DNA of 64,000 nt from Calditrichia bacterium (GCA_963777955.1 CAVZSQ010000001.1:64001-128000); one strand, 5' to 3'. Positions 19,986 through 32,539 are shown, counted from the first letter of the stretch. Numbers and translations: made by a program. The notes: generated from the letters alone by a model not told the origin.

Positions 19986-22313
19986 ATGCTCTATCACAAC
20001 TATAATATATTAAATATCTATAATCCGGCCAACCAGACCAAAAGCGAATTGCTGGAAAATTTCGTGGTCCGCCTGCGTGAATTTGAACATCTAGCCAACC
20101 AGATTAAATCGGATAAGATGAAAAATCCATCCAGGCACTATCTGCTGCTGGGACAGCGCGGCAGCGGTAAAACAACACTGCTGTTACGACTGTACCATGA
20201 AATCAGTGACGCCCCCGAAGTAAATCAATGGCTGATCCCTGTCCGCTTCGATGAAGAACAGTACCATATCCGCACCGTCTGTAAATTATGGGAAAATGTC
20301 GCTCTGCAACTGGAAGAAGAAAAGGATGAAAAATTTTTTGGTCTGTATGAACAAATGCAGAACCATATTGATGATCCGGATTACCCGCAGCAATGCTATT
20401 ACTATCTGAAGGAGTCCCTGCATCAGCAGAACAAGAAACTGATCCTGTTCATCGATAATCTCGGAGACATGATCAACAAATTTGAGAGTGCCGAACAACA
20501 ACAGTTGCGTGAGATTCTGATTAAAGACAATGATATACGTATCATCGGCAGTTCTTCGTTTACGCTCGATTATTATGCCCCCGTCTCCAAACCTCTTTTT
20601 GATTTTTTTAAAGTTATTCTTTTAAACGGCCTGGACCGTAAGGAAACCATCAATCTGCTGTTGAAACTGGGCGAGCATTACCAGTTGGATTCGATCAAAG
20701 ATATAGTACAAAACGAACCGGGGCGGATTGAATCGCTGCGCCGCTTAACCGGCGGGGTTCCGCGCACTATCGTGCTGCTTTTTGAAATCTTTGTTGATAA
20801 TGAAAGCGGTGATTCCTTCCGTGACCTGGAAATAATACTGGACCGGGTAACTCCGTTATATAAGCACCGCATGGACGATCTGTCGGCACAGCAACAGGAA
20901 ATTGTGCATACCATCGCCATGAACTGGGATGCCGTGGGGGTCAGGGAAATTTCCAGAGATATTCACATGGAGAGCAAGGCAGTATCGGCCCAATTAAAAC
21001 AACTCGAAGAAAATAATGTCGTGATTAAAATTCGTACCCGGATCAAGAATCATTTTTATCAGGTCAATGAACGGTTTTTCAATATCTGGTATTTAATGCG
21101 CTATGGCCGGCGCAAAGAAAGGAACAGGGTTCTGTGGCTGGTGCGCTTTCTGGAAAACTGGTGCAGTAAAGAAGAACTGATTCTAAGGGCCGAACGGCAC
21201 CTGCAGGCTTTGAAGTCTGGTGTGCTTTATGAAAAACACGCCCTGTATATGACCGAAGCACTGGCCGGTACTTCCATTCCGGACGAATTGCAGTATAATC
21301 TGATCCTGGAAACCAGAAAATTGTTAAGTGAAAAAAACAAGGATCTGATCACTGAACTGACCAAATCGGACCGTGAACTTTATAATGCTTTTACCCATAA
21401 TTATGCTGAAAAAAAATACCAGGCAGCCCTGCGTAATTTGCTGGATATCAGAAGTAAAACTGACTTTGTGGACGGCATGATCGGTTTTCTGTATGAAATG
21501 TACCTGAACGATATCAGCAGGGCCGAAGAGTATTATCTCTCGGCAATTGCCAAGGGCAATACCCGCATGGTCTTCAACCTGGCCAATCTGTATGATACCG
21601 GATTCAAGGATCCGAACAAGGCCGAAGCACAATATTTGCTGGCCTACAAGAAAGGAAATATCGAGGCGCTCTTCAGATTGGGATTACTATATGAAAGTAA
21701 ATTGAAGGATTTTAAAAAAGCGATTACCTATTATACCCTGGCTACCGAGAAGGGCAATGGCGATGCCATGAATAACCTGGCCCTGCTGTATCAGAAGATC
21801 TTCAAGGACTATGACCAGGCGATCCGTTATTACAGCCTGGCCGTGGAAATCGGACATATTCAGGCTATGAATAATCTGGCCTGGCTGTACTTCATCAAGA
21901 AAATAAATAAAACAGATGCCCTGCAACTGATGACCCGGGCAGTGAGTAAGGAAAATGTACCGGTCAATGAATATGTCTGTACCATGATTATGCTGTGGAA
22001 TAATCGTTTTGAGGAAGCATTACAGCGTGCCCGCGAATTCATCAACCAGGAGGAAATTCTGACCAATTTCAGTGCCGGGATTGAACCTTTCCTGATGCTG
22101 ATGATGGCTAAAAAACAATTTGACTATCTTTACCGGTTATTTACCGAAAACCGCTTTGATATTAAAGATAAATATAAACCTATCTACTACGCCCTGATGT
22201 ATTTCATGCAGGACTCTGTCCCGGATGAGTACAAACGCATGGGTACCGAACTTAAACAGACGGTTGACGAGATCATCGATCAAATTTACCAGATGGCCAT
22301 TGATTATTCTTAA
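19986..22313 (+). CDS. STAND-like P-loop ATPase with winged helix and Sel1/TPR repeats
   Basis: Walker A GQRGSGKT, Walker B LILFIDN, GGVPR (GxP) motif, wHTH, and repeated AMNNLA.LY Sel1-like units. Confidence 0.8.
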   Translation: MLYHNYNILNIYNPANQTKSELLENFVVRLREFEHLANQIKSDKMKNPSRHYLLLGQRGSGKTTLLLRLYHEISDAPEVNQWLIPVRFDEEQYHIRTVCKLWENVALQLEEEKDEKFFGLYEQMQNHIDDPDYPQQCYYYLKESLHQQNKKLILFIDNLGDMINKFESAEQQQLREILIKDNDIRIIGSSSFTLDYYAPVSKPLFDFFKVILLNGLDRKETINLLLKLGEHYQLDSIKDIVQNEPGRIESLRRLTGGVPRTIVLLFEIFVDNESGDSFRDLEIILDRVTPLYKHRMDDLSAQQQEIVHTIAMNWDAVGVREISRDIHMESKAVSAQLKQLEENNVVIKIRTRIKNHFYQVNERFFNIWYLMRYGRRKERNRVLWLVRFLENWCSKEELILRAERHLQALKSGVLYEKHALYMTEALAGTSIPDELQYNLILETRKLLSEKNKDLITELTKSDRELYNAFTHNYAEKKYQAALRNLLDIRSKTDFVDGMIGFLYEMYLNDISRAEEYYLSAIAKGNTRMVFNLANLYDTGFKDPNKAEAQYLLAYKKGNIEALFRLGLLYESKLKDFKKAITYYTLATEKGNGDAMNNLALLYQKIFKDYDQAIRYYSLAVEIGHIQAMNNLAWLYFIKKINKTDALQLMTRAVSKENVPVNEYVCTMIMLWNNRFEEALQRAREFINQEEILTNFSAGIEPFLMLMMAKKQFDYLYRLFTENRFDIKDKYKPIYYALMYFMQDSVPDEYKRMGTELKQTVDEIIDQIYQMAIDYS

Positions 22314-22422
22314 ACACACATAAATCTTTCGAATCACAAAATAAATTTCGTAATTTAAGCGTTGTAAAAATGTAAATTGAGATTCCGGCTCTCGCCGGGA
22401 TAGCACTATCTGACCAAAAAAA

Positions 22423-22450
22423 GTAGGGACAGGTCGCGACCTGTCCCTAC
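22423..22450. repeat. GTAG-type REP palindrome
   Basis: Perfect 28-bp palindrome GTAGGGACAGGTCGCGACCTGTCCCTAC. Confidence 0.8.
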
Positions 22451-22471
22451 GGTAAATACATTTTAATTCTG

Positions 22472-24747
22472 ATGTGGAGGATATTGATGAAATTCGGACT
22501 GATGGCGATTTATCTTGCTCTGGCCGCTACAATTATATCCGCTATTTTTTATTTCCAGCACGCCTGGAAAGAACAAAATAGTACAACTCGTGAAAAGAAA
22601 AAATCGGCTGCGAAATCCGATTCAAGTCTGCTTAATGCCCGTCTAACCTATTATCTGGCCTGCAGTTTTATTGCTGTAGCCGTTCTGTATCTCTTTTACC
22701 TGATCATCACGCATAATTTTCAGGTCAGCTATGTGTACCAGTATACTTCGCGGGATTTGCCTTTCGGTATTCTGCTCTCCACCTTCTGGGCCGGCCAGGA
22801 AGGTTCATTCTTATTATGGACCCTGTATACTGCTGTAATGGGGATCGTGCTGATCAGAACCAGTAAAATGTTCGAGAACGTGGCCATGGTGCTGGTAAAC
22901 ATTGTGCAAATCTTCTTTTTGCTCTTATTGATACAGGCCAGCCCGTTCCGCCTGATGGCCGAACATCACAGCGAAGGCGCCGGCCTGAATCCACTGCTGC
23001 AGAATTTCTGGATGATCATTCATCCGCCGATACTTTTTGTCGGTTATGCCGCTATTACTTTTCCCTTTGTGCTGGCCCTTGCTTCCTTGCTTAAAAAGGA
23101 ATATGACGCCTGGACCCAGGCGGCCCTGTCCTGGACGGTCTTTGCAGCCCTGACCCTGGGGGCGGGTATTATTATCGGCGGATTCTGGGCGTATGAAACC
23201 CTTGGCTGGGGCGGTTATTGGGGCTGGGACCCTGTGGAAAATTCCTCGCTGATCCCCTGGCTGACTACGCTGGCCTTGCTGCACAGCCTGATTATCCAAA
23301 AAAGAAGCGGTGCCCTCAGAAGAACCAATTACCTCTTAGCTATTTTATCATATCTGCTGGTGGTCTATGCCACTTTTCTTACCCGCAGCGGAGTGCTGGC
23401 TGATTTTTCGGTTCATTCCTTCAGCGACCTGGGTATTAACTCCTTCCTGATCATATACATGATTGCCATGCTGCTGATTGGTTTCTGGATATTCATCTTA
23501 CGCTCAAGAACGCTGCCCAAACAACCGGTTGATTTGTCAACTCCGAACCGCGAGAATGCCCTGGTGGGAAGTCTGTGGCTTTTCTCGGCCGCCGCCCTGC
23601 TGACCTTTATCGGTACTTCTTCTCCGCTGATCACGGGTCTGCTGGGTCAGGCCTCGCAGGTTGACACTTCCTTCTACAATAAGATGAATCTGCCCGTGGG
23701 TATTCTCATGGCACTCCTGCTGGGTATAACGCCATTCCTGTACTGGGCAGAAAAGGACGTGCGTACCATTCCCCGGCGCCTGATGGTTCCGGTTTTACTG
23801 GGACTTATTTCTGCGGTGGCGATCTGGCTGACGGGTTTGCGGGAATACCTGCTGATCCTGTTTATCTTTACGGCTGTGTTTGCCCTGGTCAGCAATCTGA
23901 TAGTCCTGTTCAGGCAGGGCAGAATCAGCTGGCAATCCACGGCTGCACCCCTGGCTCATTTTGGCGTGGGCATCATTTTTATCGGGATTATCGTCTCCGG
24001 CAACTTTGCCAGTAGTGAGCAACTCATATTACCCAAAAACCAACCAGTGAAAGCACTCGGTTATCAACTGACGTTTCAGGGATTGGACGAGGCCGCGGAT
24101 GGCAAGAATATCGCCACCGTCCACCTGAGCAATGGAAAAAAAGAAAGACTGGCCAGACCCAGACTCTATGTCTCGGCTTCTAATCGCCAGTTAATGCGTG
24201 AACCCGACGTTGTTGCCGGATTTCTGTACGATCTGTATCTATCACCGTTGGAGCACCGTTCTGGTCATACTCATGACCGGTCCATACAACTGAAAAAAGG
24301 GGAGCGGATACAAGTAGATGGTTATGATGTACTCTTTACCGGGTTTGAGGTCGCCAATCACCAGGAAACAGGCGCGTTCAGCGTCGGCGCGATACTGGAA
24401 GTGACCTTTAATAACCGGACTGAGGTAATCAAACCGGTGCTGTTAATCGGGGAAAAAGGGAAGCAATCCAGACCCGCGGTACTACCTGTGGAAAGAGAGA
24501 ATACCAGCGCAGCAGCACCGACCGTTATATTGAATGATCTAAATGCCGACCAGAAGATTGTGGCCCTGGTTTTCACCGGAACAGCAACTGCAGGCTGCAG
24601 CTGCGTGCTGCACAATCCGCAACGGTTACTGATGAACTGGTGGTGGAATTCAGTAAAAAACCGTTTATGAGCATTCTGTGGAGCGGAACAGTTTTACTGT
24701 TGCTGGGAACGCTGATTGCCTTCAGGAAAAGGGTAGGCGGAAATTAA
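22472..24747 (+). CDS. ccmF: Cytochrome c heme lyase CcmF/NrfE, C-terminal frameshift
   Basis: WAGQEGS, LNPLLQN..MIIHPP, WAYETLGWGGYWGWDPVEN (WWD domain) and TRSG..SVHSF. The final KPFMSILWSG segment lies in a shifted frame. Confidence 0.9.
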
Positions 24748-24781
24748 ATTACTTTATGAAATATATTTCACCAGCAGCGGA

Positions 24782-25624
24782 TCATTTAAAACGGATAGAA
24801 TCCGCCAGATAAGAACCGAGTATTTTTACTTCCACACAGAAAAAGGCCAGTTCTTCCAGGGCCAGCTGAACTGACTTATCCTTTTGGTGTCCCTGAAAAG
24901 TAACGAAGAAATGCGCTTTACGCGTGATATGCGGCGGGATGTAGCTTTCCAATTTTAGCAGATTAATTTTATTGGTGGCAAATCCGCCCAGGGCTTTGTA
25001 CAAAGCAGCAGGAATATGCCGGGTGGAGAAGATGACCGAGGTCACCACCTTGCCGCTGGCGGGATCCGGATCAACGGGTTCACGTCCCAGGCATACAAAG
25101 AGCGTTTTATTATCCGGACTGTCTTCCATGTTCCGTTTAATGATTTTAAGGTTATACTCCTGTGCCGCCAGCTCCGATGCCACGGCAGCTTTGCTCAGAT
25201 CCTGCCATTCGGCCACATCATGGGCGGCCAGAGCCGTATCGGCATAATCGTGCATCTGGATTTTCAACTGGCGCAAAGTCTGGCGGCATTGCAATAGCGC
25301 CTGCGGGTGGGAATAAACATGCCGCAGATCTTCCAGTTTCGACGCGGGAATTGCCAGCAGATGTTGTTCAATGGCTTGAATGTATTCACCGATAATGTAC
25401 AGGTCCATTTGTGGCAGCAAACTATGAATTTCCGCCACGCGGCCGGTTTGTGAATTTTCAATCGGTACCATACCCATGGCAGCCTGCCCGCTGCGCACGG
25501 CTTCGAATACATCTTCAAAAGAGGGCAGAGGCATAGTCTGTTTATCGGGATAAGCCTGGCGACAGGCTGCTTCCGAATGTGCGGCGCGTATACCCTGAAA
25601 GGCGATATAATTTGCTGGATTCAT
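24782..25624 (-). CDS. pheA: Prephenate dehydratase
   Basis: PIENS, VYSHPQALLQC and ACT domain (PAALYKALGGFA...INLLKLES). Confidence 0.9.
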   Translation of the reverse strand: MNPANYIAFQGIRAAHSEAACRQAYPDKQTMPLPSFEDVFEAVRSGQAAMGMVPIENSQTGRVAEIHSLLPQMDLYIIGEYIQAIEQHLLAIPASKLEDLRHVYSHPQALLQCRQTLRQLKIQMHDYADTALAAHDVAEWQDLSKAAVASELAAQEYNLKIIKRNMEDSPDNKTLFVCLGREPVDPDPASGKVVTSVIFSTRHIPAALYKALGGFATNKINLLKLESYIPPHITRKAHFFVTFQGHQKDKSVQLALEELAFFCVEVKILGSYLADSIRFK

Positions 25625-25795
25625 ATTTCCTTCTTATTCGTTAGCTGCAGAACAGCGGATTCCCTAATATTATAAAAAAAACTGTTAATAATGCAAACGG
25701 GATTATTAATTGTAGCACATTAATGCGCTGAGAATTAAATTTCTGTTTGTTAATGTATCAGTAATAACCGACGCCTTCAATAAAAAGGATTAAAC

Positions 25796-27768
25796 ATGCA
25801 GAATTTTACCGGAAGATCTTACGGGTTCCTGCTGATTTTGTTAATCGGATTCGCTTTCTTCTGTAAGAAAGCAAGCGAACAGGAATCGTTACAACAGGCC
25901 CTGGATTTAAAAGATCCGCAGCAGCGCAGCAGTGCCCTGAGGCAGTTTGTAAAGGATTTTCCTGAAAGCAAAAACATCAAGCGGGCCTTTCAGCATATCT
26001 TCAGGAATGAAGCGGCGTTGGGTCGCGGCGAGGCCGCATTAGACGCAGCTGTCCGGTATTTAGCCCTGGTTCCAGCGGATGCCCGTATGCAGGATTATAA
26101 CAGTATGGCCTGGACGCTGGCGGAAAAAGGAATAGCCCTGGATTCGGCCAGGGTCTATGCTGAACGGGCTGTGCAATTAGGCCGTGAAAGCAATTACCGC
26201 CGCCTGGGAATGATTCTGGATACCTGGGCTTACACCCTGTTTAAAACCGGTGATGCAGCGTCTGCCGAAAAGATCCAGGTAGAAGCGATGCCCGGATATG
26301 AAGATGATGGCGACTTTTTAAGCCGCCTGGCTGAGTACCAGCATGCTAATAATAAAGGCACGGTTGCAGTTGGCACCATGGCCCGGGCCATACTGCTAGG
26401 CGCAGAAATGCCAGCTTTAAAAAACTTTAATGACTGGCTTAGCGAAGCAAGGCCGCAAACCGAAACCCGCCAGGCGCTGGCTAAAGAAATTGTAGAGCAG
26501 ACCATTGACGATTTTCTCAGGCAGAATAATACCCCGATATCCCGCAGCCAGGCCGCAATGTTGCTAGTCCGCACCGGAATTAACCTTGATCGCGCCGAAA
26601 AGTGGGCCGGGGAAGCCGTACAGGCGCTTGACAAAAATGCTTCTCCTGATGAACAAATACTTTTAAATAAAAATCTGGCCCTGGTCTATAAAACCAGAAA
26701 TGATTATGTGAGAATGATTGAAATTCTTGAACCCTGGCAGCAATTGGCCCTGCCCTATGATCAGGATTATTGGTTCAATCTGGGACTGGCCTATCAACAA
26801 ACCGGCCAGAAAGAGAAAACATTTCGGGCGGTATTGAGTGGTCTGGTGCTGGAGCCGAACGAAGAATTGCTATCCCTGGCAAAAAATTCGGGTTACACGG
26901 AAGCAGAAATTAATAACGCTGCAGGAAAATATAAACAGGAATTAATCTCCTTTAATCCCGGACAACACCCTGTCGTACAAGCAATATCTCCGAACGTGCA
27001 GTATTGACGGAATTGTTTACGGGTGCGGAGTGCGGTCCATGTGTCGGTGCCGACAAAGCCCTGGATTTACTGGCTGAATATTACCCGCGGCAAACCATGG
27101 TACTTTTGGAATACCACCTGCATATACCCGGTCCCGATCCCCTGACTAATACATTCTCTGAAGCCCGCTATGGATTTTATGGCAGGGATTTTGGAACTCC
27201 CACCGTTTTTATGAATGGTCTGAGCAACCATGCCGGAGGTGGACCGGAACTGGTGAAAAAAAGTTTATTCTTCCGGTATGAACAGGTAATTGAGAAATAT
27301 AAAACTTTGCCGTCCCGGATTACACTTGTTCTTTCTGCAGAACAGCAGAATCAGTCGATCCAGATCAAAGGTAAAGTATCTTCGTCAGACAAAGCAGAGA
27401 AATCTCCGCTCAACCTCTACATCGCCCTGGCAGAAAAGAGTGTGAACTATACCGGTGCGAATGGAATATCACAGCATGCTTTTGTCGTAAGGTACATGGT
27501 TAACCAGGGAACCGGTATCCCGGTTATATTTAAAGATGGTGAAAGCTCAATTGCTGAAACGATCAATTTGCAGAATGTGAACGATAGTATTATTAAATAT
27601 CTTGATGACTTCGCTAAAAATCCGCCTGAACGCTATAAAAACTTTCCAGGCTGGAGTGTGCGACCCGACAATCCTGATCCGTTGAATCTGGCTGTGGTAA
27701 TCTGGGTTCAGAACGAAACGAGCAAGGAAGTTTATCAGGCTGCCTATCAGGAATTAAATAAACAATAA
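25796..27768 (+). CDS. TPR lipoprotein with C-terminal thioredoxin/Omp28-like domain, frameshifted near 27000
   Basis: TPR-like helices, then ELFTGAECGPC, YHLHIPGPDP and GTPT. Confidence 0.7.
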
Positions 27769-27797
27769 TTCAGGTTCAAAAAGTAAAGAGCATCATT

Positions 27798-28724
27798 ATG
27801 GAACAACAACCGGAAAAATTGGAACGAATTCAGGTGGCGGCCCTTGATGAAATCCTGGGCAAACCATTTAAAGTTTTAAATGATGGTTTCGTACGCCTGA
27901 TCGATTATCTGGGATCCGACTCGTCCATTGTCCAGGCAGCGCGGGTTTCTTACGGCAAGGGTACCAAAAAGATCCAGGAAGACCGTGGCTTGATCCGCTA
28001 CCTGTTGCGTCACGACCATACTACACCGTTTGAAATGTGCGAAATTAAATTGCATCTGCGGGTGCCGATGGATTGCTGGCGTCAATGGATCAGGCATCGT
28101 ACAGCCAACATAAATGAATATTCCACCCGCTATTCGGTGGCAATCGATGCCATGCAGACAACTCAACCGGATGAATGGCGGTTGCAGGCCCAGACCAATC
28201 GCCAGGGCAGTGAAGGCTTGCTGGATGTGCAGAAAGGAACAGAATTGAGCCAGCAGGAACAGGAGATCCAGGACCTGGCCCGTAAACTGTATGAACGGCG
28301 ACTCGAATTGGGAGTGGCCAGAGAACAGGCCCGCAAGGATCTGCCCCTGTCCACTTTTACCGAAGCCTACTGGAAAATCGATTTGCATAACCTGCTGCAC
28401 TTCCTGGAATTGCGCATGGCTGCGAACGCCCAGTATGAAATCAGGCAGTATGCTAATACGATCGGACAGGAAATCGTCAAGCGCTGGTGCCCGCTGTGTT
28501 GGGAAGGCTTCCGGGATTACCGTATCGAAGCATTATCCCTTTCCCGCCTGGAAAATGAAGTTATTAAAGCGTTGAACAGGGGAGAAAAGGACCAGGCCAT
28601 TAAACTGGCGGAAGAATTTGGCTGGCTCGCCTATAAAAATGGCAAGTTGACAAAGAATATCGAAAGAGGGGAAGTGGAAGAAAAACTTAAAAAACTGAAT
28701 TTTCCGATACCCTGGGCGGATTAA
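27798..28724 (+). CDS. thyX: Flavin-dependent thymidylate synthase
   Basis: AARVSY, HTTPFE, the RQWIRHR.....NEYSTRY ThyX motif and AQYEIR. Confidence 0.95.
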   Translation: MEQQPEKLERIQVAALDEILGKPFKVLNDGFVRLIDYLGSDSSIVQAARVSYGKGTKKIQEDRGLIRYLLRHDHTTPFEMCEIKLHLRVPMDCWRQWIRHRTANINEYSTRYSVAIDAMQTTQPDEWRLQAQTNRQGSEGLLDVQKGTELSQQEQEIQDLARKLYERRLELGVAREQARKDLPLSTFTEAYWKIDLHNLLHFLELRMAANAQYEIRQYANTIGQEIVKRWCPLCWEGFRDYRIEALSLSRLENEVIKALNRGEKDQAIKLAEEFGWLAYKNGKLTKNIERGEVEEKLKKLNFPIPWAD

Positions 28725-28867
28725 TATTTTTAACCATAATCCGGCACTATTTGTTTGAATCCGCGTTAAATACAATAATGGTTCTGATTTACCCGGAATA
28801 TTTAAAGCGGTAATGATTGTTATTAGCAGAACTGAACATTTAATTTAAATCAGGATAAAATTTTATC

Positions 28868-29920
28868 ATGCCGATACAGGCCGATACAGTCAACGAAACA
28901 TATATATTAATGCAGCGGAAGTTGCACCATTTGATACCGGATGCCGAGATCAGGTATAAATCTGAATTGGTTTTTCAGATAAACCGTCTGAAAAAAGAAA
29001 GAGGGGCAGTGATACTGGGGCATAATTACATGGAACCGGCACTCTATCATACCGTGCCCGATATTGTCGGTGATTCCCTGGAACTGAGCCGGGCGGCAGC
29101 CAGCACTACCGGTGATCCGATTGTATTCTGCGGTGTGCGCTTCATGGCCGAAACAGCAAAAATTCTGAATCCGCAAAAAACTGTACTGTTACCTGCCAAA
29201 AAAGCAGGGTGTTCACTGGCTGAAAGTATTACTGCCGCTGACGTCCGTCAATTACGCCATAAATATCCCGGCATCCCGGTGGTTACTTATATCAATACAT
29301 ATGCCGATGTGAAAGCAGAATCTGATATTTGTTGTACTTCCGGCAACGCGGCGAAGATTGTGCAGAGTTTAGGCAGTGAACGGGTGATTTTCCTGCCGGA
29401 TGAATATCTGGCCGGAAATGTGGCCCGGGAAACCAATAAAAAAATTATTTTTCCCTCTCATAAACCACGTTCCCGCAGCAAACATGAAAATCTGGAATTT
29501 GAGATATTGGGCTGGCATGGAAAGTGCGAAGTACATGAACGTTTTACGGTAGAAGATATTAAAAATATTCGTAAACAGTTCCCCGACGTCATGGTACTGG
29601 CTCATCCTGAATGCCGGCCGGATGTGATTGCCGCGTCAGATTTTTCGGGAAGTACTTCTAAAATGATTGCCTATGTCCAGAAAAGCAATGCACCCCGCTA
29701 TCTGTTACTCACCGAATGCAGTATGGGCGATAATATTGTGGCTGAAAATCCTGAAAAAGAGATGGTCCGTTTGTGCAATATTCGTTGTCCGCATATGAAT
29801 GAAATTACTCTGGAAGAAACGCTGGATTCCCTGCGCTATAATCAGTATATAATCGAAGTACCTGCGGCTATTATGGTAAAAGCCAGAAAAGCCATTGACC
29901 GTATGCTGGAGTTATCTTAG
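28868..29920 (+). CDS. nadA: Quinolinate synthase
   Basis: LGHNY, GDSLELS, FCGVRFMAE, AGCSLA, CEVH, HPEC and CPHM. Confidence 0.95.
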   Translation: MPIQADTVNETYILMQRKLHHLIPDAEIRYKSELVFQINRLKKERGAVILGHNYMEPALYHTVPDIVGDSLELSRAAASTTGDPIVFCGVRFMAETAKILNPQKTVLLPAKKAGCSLAESITAADVRQLRHKYPGIPVVTYINTYADVKAESDICCTSGNAAKIVQSLGSERVIFLPDEYLAGNVARETNKKIIFPSHKPRSRSKHENLEFEILGWHGKCEVHERFTVEDIKNIRKQFPDVMVLAHPECRPDVIAASDFSGSTSKMIAYVQKSNAPRYLLLTECSMGDNIVAENPEKEMVRLCNIRCPHMNEITLEETLDSLRYNQYIIEVPAAIMVKARKAIDRMLELS

Positions 29921-29936
29921 CCCGCTCATCAGTCTG

Positions 29937-31127
29937 TTAGAATTTGCGGACAATCAACACGAACAATACTGCCAGAGCTATTCCGGCCCCGGCAAAAAAA
30001 GCTGCATTTAATCCTGCCAGGGCATACACCAGGCCGGTTAAAACCGGTCCGAGGGTCTGTCCCAACCGCAGCATCATTCCGTTTAAGGACATAAACGCGG
30101 CCCTGTTCTCCAGGGGCGCCGAACCGGTCAGTAAATTCTGTAGACTGGGCATGCCCAGACCCATTCCCAGTCCAAAGATGCAGGTTGGCAGCAGGATCAG
30201 ATAGATGTTCCCTATAAAAGGGGTGATCAGCATTGAAAACAGGAAAAATATGAAGGCCCATTTGATCAGTGATTTTTCGGAAAAACGCGTGATCAGTTTG
30301 CCTGCCTGGGTGGCAGCAAAGGCATTCAGCACGGAAGAAGAAGACAGCAGCACACCAATCGTGAAAGCAGAGGCTGAAAAATTCTTGGACAGCAGCAAAG
30401 GAAAATAGGTCAGATAAGAACCGTATAGAATAATAAAGATGAACATGCTTAGCGAATAGAGTAACCAGATGTGCCGATTATTGATCAGTGAAAATGTGTG
30501 ACGAAGGTAATCCTTTAAATTGACTTTTTGGATGGGCTCAGGGTTTTTTAAATAGCACAACACCAGGATACCGATAGGTACAGCCACTATCGTCATTAAG
30601 AAAGGGTAATTCCAGCCAAGCAGGGTAAGCGCACCCCCCAACACCGGATAAGCAGCCGTGGCGATACTTAATATACCGGCATTATAACCCATTATGGCAG
30701 CCCGTTCCTTGCCGCGGTACAGATCACCGATCAGGGTCAGATTAAGTGAACCAAGGGCGGCGCCTCCGATACCCTGTAAAATCCGTAAAATCAGCAGCAG
30801 GTTATAATTTTTAACCCAGAAGCAAAAAGTCCCCGCTAAACCGAATAGCATCAGGGAGGGAATTAATATTTTTTTCCGGCCCCAACGGTCGGCCAGTACT
30901 CCCATTACCGGAGTAAGAATTACGCCGGGCAGGGTGAAGGCGGTGATGATCAAACCGATGGCCGAAGGCGGAATTTGCATTGCTTTAATCATACTGGGGA
31001 ATGCGGGCGTGAGGTTGGAGACCCCCATAACTGCAACCAGGGTGATTCCGAATATCAGATGCAGATTCGGATCGAGAATTAACGGCCTGGGTCCTGCTGA
31101 ATCAACTGGTTTGTATCTGTCTGCCAT
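29937..31127 (-). CDS. MFS transporter
   Basis: Motif A GVLADRWGRK, about 12 TM segments. The real start is probably MADRYK (31127). Confidence 0.88.
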   Translation of the reverse strand: MADRYKPVDSAGPRPLILDPNLHLIFGITLVAVMGVSNLTPAFPSMIKAMQIPPSAIGLIITAFTLPGVILTPVMGVLADRWGRKKILIPSLMLFGLAGTFCFWVKNYNLLLILRILQGIGGAALGSLNLTLIGDLYRGKERAAIMGYNAGILSIATAAYPVLGGALTLLGWNYPFLMTIVAVPIGILVLCYLKNPEPIQKVNLKDYLRHTFSLINNRHIWLLYSLSMFIFIILYGSYLTYFPLLLSKNFSASAFTIGVLLSSSSVLNAFAATQAGKLITRFSEKSLIKWAFIFFLFSMLITPFIGNIYLILLPTCIFGLGMGLGMPSLQNLLTGSAPLENRAAFMSLNGMMLRLGQTLGPVLTGLVYALAGLNAAFFAGAGIALAVLFVLIVRKF

Positions 31128-31281
31128 ATCTGCGGAGTATATTAATTTGATATTATATCTGTTTCTTTTAAAGGAACCAAATAATTTATAAATTAAAACA
31201 AAATAATAAAATATGGAATTCCCGGGCGGTTGATTATGGTTATATAAAATAAGATTGCTCGGACGAATTGAGAGAAAAATC

Positions 31282-32539
31282 ATGAATGTATATGCACTGA
31301 TTATTCTGCTGACCTTAATTGCCGGATATATTCTGGATCTATATATAAACCTGCTGAACCTGAAATGTCTGCAAACCGGATTACCACAGGAATTCAAAGA
31401 TATTTATGACGCCGAACGCTACGGTAAATCACAGACTGTATACCAGGGTTAATACCCGTTTTGGATTCTTAACCGCCGGAACAAGTTTAGCAATAACGCT
31501 GATTTTCTGGTTCAGCGGCGGATTCAATTATCTCGATCTGGTGGTCAGGGGATTCAATCTGTCTGAAATCTGGAACGGGTTGATCTATATCGGCACGCTG
31601 CTGGTATTGCGGGGTATACTATCCCTGCCATTCAGCATTTATTCCACATTTGTAATCGAAGCACGTTTTGGTTTTAATAAAACCACCGTCCGGACTTTTA
31701 TTCTGGATATAGTGAAAGGTCTGCTGCTTGGCATCGCCCTGGGCGGACCAATACTGGCGGGGATAATGTACTTTTTCCAGTATGCCGGTCCGCTGGCCTG
31801 GATCTATTGCTGGCTGGTGGTGACTCTGTTCGGGTTGATCATTCAATTTATCGCTCCAACCTGGATTATGCCCCTGTTCAATAAATTCACACCTCTGGCA
31901 GCGGGTGAATTACGCGAAGCGATTATGGCGTATGCTCAAAAGGTTCACTACTCATTACGGGATATTTTTATCATGGACGGGTCAAAGCGCTCGACCAAGT
32001 CCAACGCCTTCTTTACCGGTTTTGGCAAAAACAAGCGCATAGCCTTATTTGATACGCTGGTGCAAAAGCATACGGTGACTGAACTGGTAGCAGTTCTGGC
32101 TCATGAAATCGGGCATTATAAGAAAAAACACATTCTCAAATCGATGTTGATCGGTATTCTGCATACAGGGTTGATGTTCTACTTATTGTCCATATTTTTA
32201 AGTCACCAGGGATTATTTGACGCGTTTTATATGCAAAATATGTCCAGCTATGCCGGTCTGTTATTTTTTGGCATGTTGTACGCTCCGCTGGAAATGATTT
32301 TAGCAATATTTTTAAATATGTTTTCCCGGCGGAATGAATTTCAGGCTGATCGTTTTGCCGTTGAAACAACCGGTCAGAGTGATGCGCTGATCAATGCTTT
32401 AAAGAAGTTATCTGTGGATAATCTGAGCAATCTGACCCCTCATCCGCTGTATGCTTTTCTGAACTATTCGCATCCACCGGTACTGGAAAGAATCAGGAGG
32501 TTAGCGAAATTAACCGCAAAGGGCGCAGAGAAATTCTAA
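31282..32539 (+). CDS. Ste24/M48A zinc endopeptidase, N-terminal frameshift
   Basis: DGSKRSTKSNAFFTG, HEIGH, EFQAD and YSHPP. The N-terminus lies in ORF 31255-31452. Confidence 0.9.

Noticed and set aside
22472..24747. Complete cytochrome c maturation operon
   Set aside because: Only ccmF is present; ccmA-E are not in the window.
31128..31397. N-terminal 90 aa of the MFS ORF 29937-31397
   Set aside because: It covers AT-rich intergenic DNA and overlaps the divergent peptidase gene; the likely start is 31127.
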